NCBI GenBank assembly: GCA_964617695.1
Contig: CAZTYW010000002.1
Coordinates: 598-64,597 of the forward strand
Reading direction: 5' to 3'
DNA from: an uncultured Dehalococcoidia bacterium
GTDB lineage: Bacteria > Chloroflexota > Dehalococcoidia > UBA2247 > RBG-13-53-26
Length of the DNA: 64,000 nucleotides
Both the position numbers and the translations under genes were made by a program. This document shows, one piece after another, positions 9,442-19,547 of the stretch (within the stretch, counting starts at the first letter, position 1; each line of letters begins with the position of its first letter). The notes below the pieces were generated by a model that was not told the DNA's origin, did not search any database, and saw only the letters and a program-made list of their open reading frames with translations.

Positions 9442-12144
9442 TTGGGCCTGGTGGGAGGGAGCATGAGGCGCTTCTTACGCCTTGTCGTCCGCTTCTCAGT
9501 TGTTTGGGCCTTTGAGGCGCTATCGCTGCTGGTGCTGCACTGGCTCGTTCCGGGGATCAGCCTATCTGATCCGGAAGGGGTCGGCATCGCCACCGTGGCA
9601 ATGTCGGTGGCGCTGGTCCTGGCTGTCGTCAACGGCCTGATACGGCCCGTTGTCGTCATGCTGGCCCTGCCACTCAACATGATCACCCTCGGTCTTTTCA
9701 CCCTGGTCATCAACGCGGCTATGCTTCGCCTCACTGCTTACGTTCTGCCGGATTTTGTCGTGGACGGCTGGGGAGCAGCCCTGTTGGGCACCGTGGTGCT
9801 GGCGGCCGTCAATACGGTGCTGACAGCTATCACCACCATTGACGATGATTTCTCCTTTTTCGAAGGCGTGGTCCAGTGGCTGAGCAAACGCCGGCGGGTG
9901 GAAGTGGACGCCCATCCGGGCCGCGGGCTGGTGCTGCTGGAGATTGACGGGCTGAGCTGTCACCGAATGAGGCGGGCCGCGGAGAAAGGCTATATGCCTA
10001 CGGTGCGTGAGATGGTGCTCAACGGTACTCACAAGCTATCGGACTACGACTGTGGCCTGCCATCGCAGACCTCGTCGTGCCAGGCCGGAATAATGTACGG
10101 CGACAGCTTCGACATCCCGGCCTTTCGCTGGTACGACAAGGATCGTCGCAAGCTGGTGGCCTCCAACAACTTCCGGGACGCCGCGGAGATGAACGCTCGC
10201 TTCGCCCGCGGGCAGGGACTGCTGCGGGGTGGGTCGAGCGTCAATAACCACATGGCCGGCGATGCCAGGAAGACGCTGTTCACCATGAGCGTTCTCACAG
10301 ACAGGCCAGATGATATGCAGCGGCGGAGTCTCGGTGACCTCAACCTGTTCTTTGTGAACCCCTATATGTTCATCCGCACCCTCCTGTTGACTCTTTGGGA
10401 TGTTCTGGTGGAGCTGGGCCAGGGGCTTCGGCAGCGGCTCCGCAACGTTCGGCCGCGGGTGAACCGTTTGCACAAAGGCTACCCCTTCGTGCGGGCCGCC
10501 ACCAACGTTTTCCTGCGTGACCTGGCAACGTTCATGGTCATCATGGATGTGATTCGCGGGGAGCCCGTCATCTACACCACCTTTGTGGGATATGACGAGG
10601 TAGCCCATCACGCCGGTCCGGATACGAGCGACGCAATGAGGACCCTCAGGGGTTTCGACAAGCAACTCCGACGCATCATAGACGTCATAGAGCGCAAGGC
10701 CCCGCGTCCGTACGACGTGATCCTCCTCTCCGATCACGGCCAGACTCTCGGAGCCACGTTCGAGCAGCGGTACGGGCAGACGCTGACCGAGTTCATTGAG
10801 GGGCTATTGGAGGAGAAAGCTACTGTAACCGAGGTGAATGCCACCGAAAACAGCTACGGCCATGCGTTGAAGCTCATGGCCGAGATCCAGGCGATGGAGC
10901 AGCATGTGCCCGTGGGGAGGGTGAGAGAGGCTACGGTGGGCCGGGCCCGTGGGGCGATTCAGGGCCGGCTGGAGCGCTCGCAGCCTGCGGCGATGGATGC
11001 CCAGGTCATCGTGTGTGCCAGTGGCAATCTGGCCAACGTCTACTTCGACCTGCGTACTGGAAAGGTCAGCTTGCCCGAGTTGAATCTGGCTTACCCGGGT
11101 CTGGTGGACGCTCTGGTAGCACATCCCGGAGTGGGCTTTGTGGTGTCGTACGATCAGGATGGCGCGCCGTGGGCCTTCGGAAAGGACGGTGGGCGCAACC
11201 TCCAGACCGGCGCCGTGTCAGGGGCCGACCCGCTGCTCCCCTATGGTGCCCCCGACCATCGGGCGGCCCAGCTCCTCGGGATGGCAGGGTACCCCCACGC
11301 AGGGGACTTGATCGTCAACAGTACCCTTTTCCCCGATGGCCAGGTAGCGGCCTTTGAGGAGCTTGTCGGCAGCCACGGGGGTCTGGGCGGCCAGCAGACC
11401 GAAGCCTTTCTGCTGCACCCGGCGGATATGGTGGTGCGCCCCACATCCAGTGCGACGGAGGTGTTTTCGATGCTGGATGCGCGGCGTGGCCTTCCTGGAG
11501 AGCCACTCCGCCCCATCAGCGCATCCGGGGTGAATGCGTGGGCGCCGAAGAACCTGATGGTGGGTGTGCGCCAGGTACACACCTGGGCGCTGCGCCTGGT
11601 TCGAGCACTGCGTGTTGATCGCGCCGTATTCAGTGAAGTAGCCGATGACCCCTTTGCCACCGCCCAGGCGCTGGTCACCGTGCTGACGATACTGGCTGCC
11701 ACGGCCCTGGCAAGCAGTCTGGCCGTCCATGCTGAGGGGTCTATACCGGCCAGGTTTGCCGCCGAGCTTGTGGGCGGGCTTATTCGCTGGATGCTGATCG
11801 TCCTGTTCGCGCACACCGCCGGGCGGCTGCTCAGAGGAAAGGGCGACTTTACCCGGACCATGCGGGCCATGGCGTTTGCGCAGGTGCCCTACGTTGTTGC
11901 CGTGCTGGGACTCCTGCCGATAGTCGGCCCGTTGCTGTATCTGGTGGCCGTCCTTCTTGTGCTCTTCGCTACGTGGGTCGCATTGCAGGAAGCCCTTGGC
12001 CTGCGGCGCCTGGTGGCACTGGCAGTTCCCGTGTTGGGCACCCTGGTCTACCTGGCGGTGGCGCTGTTGGTCTTCGCTATGGTGGGCGGCGCGGCGCTCA
12101 CGCTGGAGACGCTGCTGTCGCAATTTGGGATTTCCACGGGTTGA
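9442..12144 (+). CDS. multi-domain membrane protein: N-terminal 4-TM phage-holin-family (superfamily IV) domain, central alkaline-phosphatase-superfamily type I phosphodiesterase/nucleotide pyrophosphatase domain, and C-terminal Yip1-like multi-TM domain
   Basis: 900 aa. N-terminus …VPGISL…GIATVAMSVALVLAVVNGLIRPVV…LGLFTLVINAAML matches the holin-4 family. The middle …EIDGLS…SQTSSCQAGIMYG…GYDEVAHHAGP…LSDHGQT carries alkaline-phosphatase-superfamily metal-ligand motifs. The C-terminal ~190 aa are hydrophobic and Yip1-like. Confidence 0.75.
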   Translation: MGLVGGSMRRFLRLVVRFSVVWAFEALSLLVLHWLVPGISLSDPEGVGIATVAMSVALVLAVVNGLIRPVVVMLALPLNMITLGLFTLVINAAMLRLTAYVLPDFVVDGWGAALLGTVVLAAVNTVLTAITTIDDDFSFFEGVVQWLSKRRRVEVDAHPGRGLVLLEIDGLSCHRMRRAAEKGYMPTVREMVLNGTHKLSDYDCGLPSQTSSCQAGIMYGDSFDIPAFRWYDKDRRKLVASNNFRDAAEMNARFARGQGLLRGGSSVNNHMAGDARKTLFTMSVLTDRPDDMQRRSLGDLNLFFVNPYMFIRTLLLTLWDVLVELGQGLRQRLRNVRPRVNRLHKGYPFVRAATNVFLRDLATFMVIMDVIRGEPVIYTTFVGYDEVAHHAGPDTSDAMRTLRGFDKQLRRIIDVIERKAPRPYDVILLSDHGQTLGATFEQRYGQTLTEFIEGLLEEKATVTEVNATENSYGHALKLMAEIQAMEQHVPVGRVREATVGRARGAIQGRLERSQPAAMDAQVIVCASGNLANVYFDLRTGKVSLPELNLAYPGLVDALVAHPGVGFVVSYDQDGAPWAFGKDGGRNLQTGAVSGADPLLPYGAPDHRAAQLLGMAGYPHAGDLIVNSTLFPDGQVAAFEELVGSHGGLGGQQTEAFLLHPADMVVRPTSSATEVFSMLDARRGLPGEPLRPISASGVNAWAPKNLMVGVRQVHTWALRLVRALRVDRAVFSEVADDPFATAQALVTVLTILAATALASSLAVHAEGSIPARFAAELVGGLIRWMLIVLFAHTAGRLLRGKGDFTRTMRAMAFAQVPYVVAVLGLLPIVGPLLYLVAVLLVLFATWVALQEALGLRRLVALAVPVLGTLVYLAVALLVFAMVGGAALTLETLLSQFGISTG

Positions 12145-12398
12145 TAGGACTGTCCCAGGTCGCAGGCATGGGCCAGGGGGTGCGAGCCTGTCTCCTCCAT
12201 TTCGCACGCCTTGTCCCGCTCCCACCGCCGCGGAACGGCAAGTACAGCCGTGCCGCGGCGTGTGCTATCATGGACAGGGATCGGAAGCATCGGCGGCACG
12301 CCACGCTTTGTTCTCTGCTTGGCTCCCCTGGAGACAGTTCGTCTTGCGGTCATCTGCCTTCCACAGTCGAGATGCTGCAGCGGAACAGGAGTTGGTCT

Positions 12399-13847
12399 AT
12401 GGCTGAGAAGGTAGTCCTGGTGAATCCGAACCGGATGAAGCCGGCGGTGGCTCCAATAGCCCTGGACTATCTTGCCCATGCCCTCACAGAGCGCGGGTTC
12501 CAGGCGGACGTGCTCGACCTCTGCTTTTCCCCCGACTGGCAGGAAGACATCAACAGCTATTTCGCCAGGAACTCGGTTTCGGCAGTTGGCATCAGCCTGC
12601 GCAACACCGACGACACCTCTTTCGCCAGCCAGCAGTTCTTCATCCCTGAGTTCAAGGATGTGATTGACGAAATCAGGACGCGGACGTCTGCTCCGCTGAT
12701 ATTGGGAGGCTCGGCATTCTCCATCATGCCTGAAGAGATCCTCGATTACTGTGGGGTCGACCTGGGCCTCACTGGGGACGGTGAGGAGTCGCTGCCCCTC
12801 CTGGTAAGCAGGCTCGTGTCCGGTGGGGACTGCTCCTCCGTTCCGGGGCTGGTCCTCCGTGAGGGAGGGGCCTTCAGGTGCAATCTCCCCTCGTATATTG
12901 ACCTCAGCCACAGCCCGTGTCCCGGCAGGACCTCGGTCGACAATTGCCGTTACTTTGCTGAGGGCGGCATGGGAAACATTGAGACCAAACGGGGCTGCAG
13001 CAAGGGCTGCGTCTACTGTGTTGATGCGCTGGGCAAAGGGCGGGCATTCAGGTTGCGCTCCCCTGAAACCGTGGTCGATGAGATGGCGTCTCTGCTTGAG
13101 ATGGGCATTGACTGTTTCCATGTTTGTGACAGCGAGTTCAATTTGCCCCCCTCTCATGCCGAGCAGGTCTGCCACCAGATCGTCCGCCGCGGGCTGGGGG
13201 GCAGGGTGAACTGGTATGCTTATGCCAGCCCGGTGCCCTTTACCAGGGGAATGGCTGCCCTGTTTCAGAGGGCCGGCTGCGCCGGGCTGAACTTTGGGGT
13301 GGACAGCGGTAGTGACGCTATGCTCCATGCGCTGGGCCGGGACTTCGGGGTGGAGGACCTGCGCCGCACAGGCGGCATCTGCCGGGAACAGGGTCTGGTC
13401 TTTATGTATGACCTTCTTCTGGGAGGTCCAGGGGAAACCCGGGATACACTGAGGCAGACCATCGAGGTCATGAAGGATATCTCTCCGGCGAGGATCGGAG
13501 CCGCCACGGGGCTGCGCATCTTTCCCGGAACGGCGCTGGCCAAAATGGTGCGGGAAATGGGGCCACTCCGCACCAACCCACACATCCAGGGCAACGTTGA
13601 CGGGAACGAGAACTTCTTTGCCCCTGTGTTCTACCTGTCAGCAGCCCTGGGGCAGGAGGCCGTGGACTATGTGGATGACCTCATAGGCGGCGATGAGCGG
13701 TTCTTCTTCATGAGGCCGGCCACGTCCAGCGACAGGAACTACAACTACAATGACAATACCTTGCTGGTGGAGGCAATTCGCCAGGGCTATAGGGGAGCCT
13801 TCTGGGATATCTTGAGGCGATTGTCTGACCGCGACCCTTCAGCCTGA
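12399..13847 (+). CDS. B12-binding domain-containing radical SAM protein
   Basis: 482 aa from the ATG at 12399, whose frame is continuous with the longer track ORF. N-terminal cobalamin-binding Rossmann-like domain (VVLVNPN…ISLRNTDD…LILGGS). The radical SAM motif is CSKGCVYC. Confidence 0.8.
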   Translation: MAEKVVLVNPNRMKPAVAPIALDYLAHALTERGFQADVLDLCFSPDWQEDINSYFARNSVSAVGISLRNTDDTSFASQQFFIPEFKDVIDEIRTRTSAPLILGGSAFSIMPEEILDYCGVDLGLTGDGEESLPLLVSRLVSGGDCSSVPGLVLREGGAFRCNLPSYIDLSHSPCPGRTSVDNCRYFAEGGMGNIETKRGCSKGCVYCVDALGKGRAFRLRSPETVVDEMASLLEMGIDCFHVCDSEFNLPPSHAEQVCHQIVRRGLGGRVNWYAYASPVPFTRGMAALFQRAGCAGLNFGVDSGSDAMLHALGRDFGVEDLRRTGGICREQGLVFMYDLLLGGPGETRDTLRQTIEVMKDISPARIGAATGLRIFPGTALAKMVREMGPLRTNPHIQGNVDGNENFFAPVFYLSAALGQEAVDYVDDLIGGDERFFFMRPATSSDRNYNYNDNTLLVEAIRQGYRGAFWDILRRLSDRDPSA

Positions 13848-13853
13848 GACAGG

Positions 13854-14423
13854 CTACTTCCCCTGCACCAGGGAGAGGAACTCGGCCCTGGTGGCCGGTC
13901 TGGTGCGAAAAAGCCCGCGGTTGGCCGAGGTGACGATATTGCTCCCCGGCTTCTTTATGCCGCGCATGGTCATGCACATGTGCTCCGCCTGTATGATCAC
14001 TGCCACCCCCTGGGGCTTGAGTGCATCCAGAATAGCTTCGGCGATCTGAGTGGTCATCCGCTCCTGGATCTGGGGACGGTGGGCGATGATTTCTACCACC
14101 CTGGCCAGCTTGCTGGCTCCGACCACTCTGCCGTGGGCGTTGGGAATATAGCCCACGTGGGCCACTCCGTAGAACGGTAGCAGGTGGTGCTCGCACATCG
14201 AGTAGAACGGAATGTCCTTCAGCACCACCATCTCCCTGTGTCCCTCCATGAAGCCGACACTCAGTTCCTCTTTAGGGTCCTTGTCGACTCCGCTGAAGAG
14301 ATCGGCGTACATCTCAGCCATCCGCTCCGGGGTGCCTATGATACCCTCCCTCTGGGGGTCGTCACCGATGGCTTCAATGATAGACGTTACTGCTTGCCGA
14401 ATCTTGGCCTGGTCGACGGCCAT
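13854..14423 (-). CDS. folE: GTP cyclohydrolase I
   Basis: 189 aa with …[26 protein letters not shown]… The FolE signature including CEHH. Confidence 0.9.
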   Translation of the reverse strand: MAVDQAKIRQAVTSIIEAIGDDPQREGIIGTPERMAEMYADLFSGVDKDPKEELSVGFMEGHREMVVLKDIPFYSMCEHHLLPFYGVAHVGYIPNAHGRVVGASKLARVVEIIAHRPQIQERMTTQIAEAILDALKPQGVAVIIQAEHMCMTMRGIKKPGSNIVTSANRGLFRTRPATRAEFLSLVQGK

Positions 14424-14677
14424 GCGCCCTCCTTCGAGCGGAACGGTCTACGCCGGTGGCCCGTTCCAGTGCCTTACGCCGACGCCGCCGTGTGGCTGCG
14501 CGGGCGCAACCTTCGGGTCAGCATGGAAAGCGACTGTTACTGCCGGTTCGTGGCAGCAACAGGAAGACCGACCGCCACCTATATAACTTGTCAGGGCTGC
14601 ACGGCCCCGACTATTCCCTGACTGAGCCTCAGACGGGCTCGATTCCCTCGCGGTGAAGAGACGCCGCCCTTTGCCTG

Positions 14678-15772
14678 CTACCTCCAGCCGAGCGCCTCTT
14701 CCACCCTGCTCAGGTCCGCAGGAAGCTCGATGAAAGGAGCCGTATCTCTCGTAGCAGTGTCCGGGTCCTTCAGCCCGCTACCGGTAACCACGCAGACCAC
14801 CCTTTTCTCAGAGAAATCGTACTTTGGGGACGACTTGATCAGACCGGCAAGCGAAGCCGCCGAGGCTGGCTCGCCAAAGATGCCCCCCTTTGTGGCCAGG
14901 AGGCGGTAGGCTGCTATGATTTCGTCGTCACTAACCATGTCAATAACACCGCCGGACTCGTCTCGTGCGGCTGTCGCCCCTTTCCAACTGGCCGGATTGC
15001 CGATGCGTATCGCCGTGGCGACAGTCTCAGGATGGGAGACCCTTTGGCCTCTTACGATGGGGGCTGCTCCCTCTGCCTGGAATCCCATCATTTTGGGAGT
15101 CTGGCTGGCGATTCCCGCTTTGCGGTACTCGACGAACCCCTTCCAGTAGGCAGTGATATTGCCGGCATTCCCCACAGGGATGAACAGATAGTCGGGCGCC
15201 TCGCCCAGGCTGTCTACAATCTCGAAGACAGCCGTTTTCTGGCCCTCGATACGGTTAGGGTTAATGGAGTTGACCAGAGTGACGGGGTGCTTCTCTACCA
15301 GGCTCCGCACTATTTCCAGGGCCTGGTCAAAGTTGCCGTCAACAGCGACTATCGTCGCCCCGTAGACGATGGCCTGTGCTAGCTTGCCCAGGGCAATGTT
15401 GCCCTTTGGCACAACTATGATCGTTTTCAGGCCGCAGATTGCCCCGTAAGCTGCAGCCGAGGCACTGGTATTGCCGGTGGAAGCACAGATAATGGCAGAG
15501 TTTTTGGCCTCCGAGGCCTTGGCCACGGCTACCACCATGCCCCGGTCCTTGAATGAGCCGGTGGGATTGCATCCCTCCAGCTTGAAGTACAGCTCCCCGC
15601 ACCCGATATCGGCCTCCAGCCTCGGGGCCCTGACCAGCGGAGTGTCTCCCTCTCCCAGGGTTATTCGGGGAGTGTCAGGTGTCAGAGGCAGGAATGGAGC
15701 GTATCTGGCCAGTACCCCTGAAGGGGACTCGCTGTCCCTAGAGGAAAGTCTCGGACTCGTGTCCCTTTTCAT
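14678..15772 (-). CDS. thrC: threonine synthase
   Basis: PLP-fold with [17 protein letters not shown]. The start is taken at the internal ATG at 15770-15772. The 41 aa upstream in the track ORF are low-complexity and overlap a better-supported small ORF. Confidence 0.85.
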   Translation of the reverse strand: MKRDTSPRLSSRDSESPSGVLARYAPFLPLTPDTPRITLGEGDTPLVRAPRLEADIGCGELYFKLEGCNPTGSFKDRGMVVAVAKASEAKNSAIICASTGNTSASAAAYGAICGLKTIIVVPKGNIALGKLAQAIVYGATIVAVDGNFDQALEIVRSLVEKHPVTLVNSINPNRIEGQKTAVFEIVDSLGEAPDYLFIPVGNAGNITAYWKGFVEYRKAGIASQTPKMMGFQAEGAAPIVRGQRVSHPETVATAIRIGNPASWKGATAARDESGGVIDMVSDDEIIAAYRLLATKGGIFGEPASAASLAGLIKSSPKYDFSEKRVVCVVTGSGLKDPDTATRDTAPFIELPADLSRVEEALGWR

Positions 15773-15944
15773 CGTATTTCCGCTTGAGGTATCCCTTGGC
15801 TTCTGAGCACTGCTGACACAGGCGCACAGGCGGCTGGCCGTCTTCGCAAACATAGCCGTACCTCTCAGGATGTCTGACGACCCTGCCACAGCCATCGCAC
15901 ACCAGCTCTCCAGTAGCTATCAGCCCAGCAACCCAGGATGTCAT
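15738..15944 (-). CDS. candidate small zinc-ribbon protein (CxxC…CxxC) between hom and thrC
   Basis: 68 aa with C16xxC19 and C43xxC46. GGTAGGTGA Shine-Dalgarno 7 nt upstream of the ATG. The start lies 12 nt after the hom stop and its last 34 nt overlap the thrC start in another frame. High GC inflates chance ORFs, hence modest confidence. Confidence 0.4.
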   Translation of the reverse strand: MTSWVAGLIATGELVCDGCGRVVRHPERYGYVCEDGQPPVRLCQQCSEAKGYLKRKYDEKGHESETFL

Positions 15945-15955
15945 CTGGCAATCAC

Positions 15956-17290
15956 CTACCCTTCAACCCTGATGAAATTGCATATTTCTTTGACTGCCAC
16001 AAGTTTCTCCATTTCTTCCAGCGCCTGCTGCATAAACTGCTCCCGGGCGGGATGCGTCATGATCACTATCTCAGCCGTTTGAGTGGCCGCATCGGCTTCT
16101 TTCTGAATCACTGAGGAAATACTGATGGAGCGGTCGCCCAGGACCTTGCTTATCTGGGCAAGAACACCGGGGCTGTCGACCACACTCATTCTCAGGTAGT
16201 AGCGGGTCTCCAGTTCCGAAATTGGCTTGACGGCTTTGACAGCCTGCGACGCAGCGGAATCGGGGGACATGGTCTCAGCAAGGGACGGTGCTCGTGATTG
16301 TGACTCGTCTTGACGCATGATGGCCTTGGCAGCCAGGATGACGTCGGCCACGATGGCGCTGGTGGTGGGGGACGAGCCAGCTCCCTCACCGTAGAAAAGT
16401 ACCTTGCCCACCAGGTCACCTTCTATCTGGATGGCATTGTAAACGCCGTCCACCTTGGCCAGCAGAAAGTCCATGGGAATGAGAACGGGGTGGACCCTGG
16501 CCTCGATAGACCCGTCTGCCTTCTTTGCGATAGCCAGGAGCTTTATCTCGTAGCCCAGCTCTTTGGCGTACCGAAAGTCGCGTTCCCCAATGCGGGTGAT
16601 GCCCTGGAAGTAGATGTCCTCAGGACGGACCGGGGTGCGAAAGGCAGCAGTGGCAAGAATAGCCAGCTTAAAGGCCGCATCTGTGCCCTCAATGTCATTG
16701 GCGGCGTCAGCCTCGGCGTAGCCCAGTTCCTGGGCCTTCCTCAGGGCATGTCCAAAGCTGACTCCCTCAGCGGACATCCTGGTGAGAATGTAGTTGGTGG
16801 TGCCATTGATTATGGCGTAGATGGCTGAGATCTCATTGGCGGGCAGGCTCTGGCTGAGCGGAAGGAGCAGGGGGATACCACCGCCCACACTGGCTTCGTA
16901 CAGCAGGCTCACTCCGTGCTGGCGGGCTGTTTGTCCAAGCTCCAGACCGTGTTTGGCTATCACCTCTTTGTTTGCTGTCACCACGGACTTGCCAGCCAGG
17001 AGAGCCTCCCTGATATACACCAGAGCAGGGTGCTCGCCGCCGATGAGTTCGATGACAATGCCTATTTCGGGGTCAGCCAGGATCGCCTGTGGATCGGAGG
17101 TCAGAAGTTCAGAGGGCACTGCAGCCGGGCGTGGTTTTGAAGGCTCGCGGACCAGGATTCGGCGCAGTTCCAGGTTGGAACCTACCTCCTCCGCCAGGGC
17201 CTCGCCCTTCTCCTGTAGCGCCCTGGCTACCCCGCTGCCCACCACCCCAGCCCCCATCAGCCCGACCCCGATACTCTTCTTTTGCCGCAC
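15956..17290 (-). CDS. hom: homoserine dehydrogenase (with C-terminal ACT domain)
   Basis: 444 aa. NAD-binding GxGxxG at the N-terminus (GLMGAGVVGSGV), a catalytic domain and an ACT domain. Confidence 0.9.
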   Translation of the reverse strand: MRQKKSIGVGLMGAGVVGSGVARALQEKGEALAEEVGSNLELRRILVREPSKPRPAAVPSELLTSDPQAILADPEIGIVIELIGGEHPALVYIREALLAGKSVVTANKEVIAKHGLELGQTARQHGVSLLYEASVGGGIPLLLPLSQSLPANEISAIYAIINGTTNYILTRMSAEGVSFGHALRKAQELGYAEADAANDIEGTDAAFKLAILATAAFRTPVRPEDIYFQGITRIGERDFRYAKELGYEIKLLAIAKKADGSIEARVHPVLIPMDFLLAKVDGVYNAIQIEGDLVGKVLFYGEGAGSSPTTSAIVADVILAAKAIMRQDESQSRAPSLAETMSPDSAASQAVKAVKPISELETRYYLRMSVVDSPGVLAQISKVLGDRSISISSVIQKEADAATQTAEIVIMTHPAREQFMQQALEEMEKLVAVKEICNFIRVEG

Positions 17291-17307
17291 TGCCAGCTTC
17301 CCTGCGA

Positions 17308-18627
17308 TCAGATATGGTCCAGGGCCCAGAAGATCTTCTCGTCGTCCAGGTAGTCCTCTATCCGGTTGTCTTCCGACTCCCGTTCCTGTTCAACCCACTC
17401 CCGAAATACCTGGTCGACCAGAATATCCCTGTGTTGGTCGCTGAGGACTCTCTCTTCTTTCTCCACGACCTCTATCAACCAGTACCCCGACTGCTTGCTG
17501 GTGTCTTCATTGAGAATAGGCTCACTCAGGGTGGTTCCATCCCGGGGAAGATCAAGAACGGCCGCCCCGATTCTGGTCTCAGCGTCTTCCAGGCTCAGCC
17601 AGCCCATGTCGCCACCGGCGCCTTGTGAAGCCGAGTGCAATGAATGTTCTTCGGCCAGTTCGGCGAAATTCTCTCCGTCGAACTGGCTGGCCACTTCGAT
17701 GGCTTTGAAACTGCTGTCCAGCAGGATTCCCTGGATGTGGAGCTCTGTCTCCTCGCCCTCTTCCCTTTCCTCAAGAACTATCGCCAGCCAGTAGCCACCC
17801 TTGGTCGGGTATTGTGTGTCAGCGGTGGGGCTGCTTACCACGCCTATTTCCGTTACGTTGCTGAAAGCGTAGTCGTCGAAGGCCGAACTCTCGATGCCCG
17901 GTGGCAGCCAATCCACTCCATCTGCGTCGGGATAGTAATGTGATGACGATGTCATGTTGACAAGTTGTTCAATAGTCTCTGTAGTCTCTGTCCCCCAGGT
18001 GCTCCTTATCTCTAGTGCCTGATCCTCGGTTCCCACCAGTATGGCTTGGATCCTGACCTGGGTAAATGGCTGGTCCTGGGGGTATTCGTTGTTTCCAAGG
18101 TACGCTCGCAGCTCGGTTTGGATCAGCATCGGCCCGATGTAGATTTCCCTGAAGGCTGCATCGGATACTCCGAACGTGTCGAGCACCTCCTTGTACCGCT
18201 GCTTGAATTCTTCGTCGCTCAACTCTTCATCAGATGAGGTCAGCAGTTCCTTGATCTTGGCGTCAATGCTCTCCTCGCTGATGACAATGCCCACCTCGGG
18301 TGACTCTGCCATCTGCCTCATGAGCTCGTAGTTCTGCATTACCGTGACCACCTGGCGGGCCAACTCGTAGTCCTGGTAAGGATTCTGCCCCGCACCCCAG
18401 AGGCGGAGGGTATTCACAAAGTAGCGCATGTCAAGTACGGTGCCGTTTACCCTCACTATGGCCTGGTGCCACGGCCTGATGCTGCTATCGTAGTAACCGT
18501 AGCCGACTATTGACACAACGGCAATAATGGCTATCAGGATTGCGATCTCGGCGATGCGTCGTCTTCGGCGCTCCCTTTCCCACTTGGACGGGACACGCTT
18601 TGGCTCCGGCGGTCGTCTTCTGCTCAA
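17308..18627 (-). CDS. membrane-anchored SurA-N/PpiC-like periplasmic chaperone (peptidyl-prolyl isomerase family, possibly degenerate)
   Basis: 439 aa with a poly-basic N-terminus, one TM helix, a SurA-N-like region and a parvulin-like segment. Confidence 0.6.
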   Translation of the reverse strand: MSRRRPPEPKRVPSKWERERRRRRIAEIAILIAIIAVVSIVGYGYYDSSIRPWHQAIVRVNGTVLDMRYFVNTLRLWGAGQNPYQDYELARQVVTVMQNYELMRQMAESPEVGIVISEESIDAKIKELLTSSDEELSDEEFKQRYKEVLDTFGVSDAAFREIYIGPMLIQTELRAYLGNNEYPQDQPFTQVRIQAILVGTEDQALEIRSTWGTETTETIEQLVNMTSSSHYYPDADGVDWLPPGIESSAFDDYAFSNVTEIGVVSSPTADTQYPTKGGYWLAIVLEEREEGEETELHIQGILLDSSFKAIEVASQFDGENFAELAEEHSLHSASQGAGGDMGWLSLEDAETRIGAAVLDLPRDGTTLSEPILNEDTSKQSGYWLIEVVEKEERVLSDQHRDILVDQVFREWVEQERESEDNRIEDYLDDEKIFWALDHI

Positions 18628-18712
18628 GTCTTACTCCCTCAATAAGGAAACGACCGGTCGCATCAATGGAACACTCTGGAGGCTCGCAGGCAGGGAAGGC
18701 CCGGCCCAGCGG

Positions 18713-19000
18713 TCAAGGCCCTGCCATTTCGTGGATATGCTCTGCGGTATAAGGCAACAGAGCCAGATGTCTGGCTCGCTTTATCGCCTGGGCCAGAGCC
18801 CGCTGGTGCTTTGCGCAGTTGCCATTCCTGCGCCGAGGTTCGATTTTCGCCCGGTCGGAAACGTAGCGGCGCAGGTGCTCCGGCTTCTTGTAGCTTGCCT
18901 CAACTTTGTCAGCGCAGAAAACGCACACCCTGCGCCTGGGAACGTATCTCGAGCCCCTGCCGCCCTTTCTGCTGGTCTTTGGTCTTCTTCCGTACGCCAT
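18713..19000 (-). CDS. rpsR: 30S ribosomal protein S18
   Basis: 95 aa; …[11 protein letters not shown]…[17 protein letters not shown]… is the S18 signature. Confidence 0.9.
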   Translation of the reverse strand: MAYGRRPKTSRKGGRGSRYVPRRRVCVFCADKVEASYKKPEHLRRYVSDRAKIEPRRRNGNCAKHQRALAQAIKRARHLALLPYTAEHIHEMAGP

Positions 19001-19015
19001 CTTGCTCGTCCTTAC

Positions 19016-19432
19016 CTAGAAGGGGAGATCCTCTGCCTCCACTACCACATCCTCTACCTTATCCTCTACCTTGGCCTCATCCGATAGAGGAACGGTTGCC
19101 GGTTGCCTGTCGAGGAAAAGGACTCTGTCTGCCACTATCTCAACTCGACTGCGCCTCTGCCCGTCCTGTCCTTCCCAGGCGCGGGTCCGCAGCCTACCCT
19201 CAACATAAGCTCGCTTGCCTTTGGTCAGGAACTGGTTGCAGCTCTCTGCCAGTTTGTTCCAGGTGACTACCGTGAACCACTCCGTCTCTTGCTTTCGCTC
19301 CCCTTCAGGGGTGGTGAAAATCCTGCTGGAAGCCATGCGAAACGTGGTTACCGGGTTGCCATTAGGGGTGAAACGCATTTCGGGGTCAGTTCCGATATTC
19401 CCAATGATCATTACCTTGTTCAAATTCGCCAT
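19016..19432 (-). CDS. ssb: single-stranded DNA-binding protein
   Basis: 138 aa. OB-fold (MANLNKVMIIGNIG.DPE.RFT.NG…) and an acidic C-terminal tail ending DLPF. Confidence 0.9.
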   Translation of the reverse strand: MANLNKVMIIGNIGTDPEMRFTPNGNPVTTFRMASSRIFTTPEGERKQETEWFTVVTWNKLAESCNQFLTKGKRAYVEGRLRTRAWEGQDGQRRSRVEIVADRVLFLDRQPATVPLSDEAKVEDKVEDVVVEAEDLPF

Positions 19433-19547
19433 CTCTAGTTATCCCCCTCCCTGTTACTCCAAGCATGCTTAGCATCTTACCTCACATAACGACTGAAGTA
19501 AAGAGGTCGGACTGTGGGGGGTGGCTGAGGTCGTGAGAGAAACGTGC

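Noticed and set aside
10036-12225. Minus-strand ORFs 10036-10737, 11218-12225 and 11241-11870
   Set aside because: Antisense to the 900-aa membrane phosphodiesterase gene. No motifs.
12145-12398. Possible cobalamin riboswitch upstream of the B12-binding radical SAM gene
   Set aside because: I looked for a B12-box (…AGYCMGgAgaCCkGCc…) and other conserved cores. Only a vague GGAGACAG resemblance was found. Not supportable by eye. Needs a covariance-model scan.
12048-13583. 511-aa minus-strand ORF
   Set aside because: It is antisense to the B12-radical SAM gene, whose product has unmistakable motifs. It is typical high-GC antisense ORF inflation (R/P/A/G-rich).
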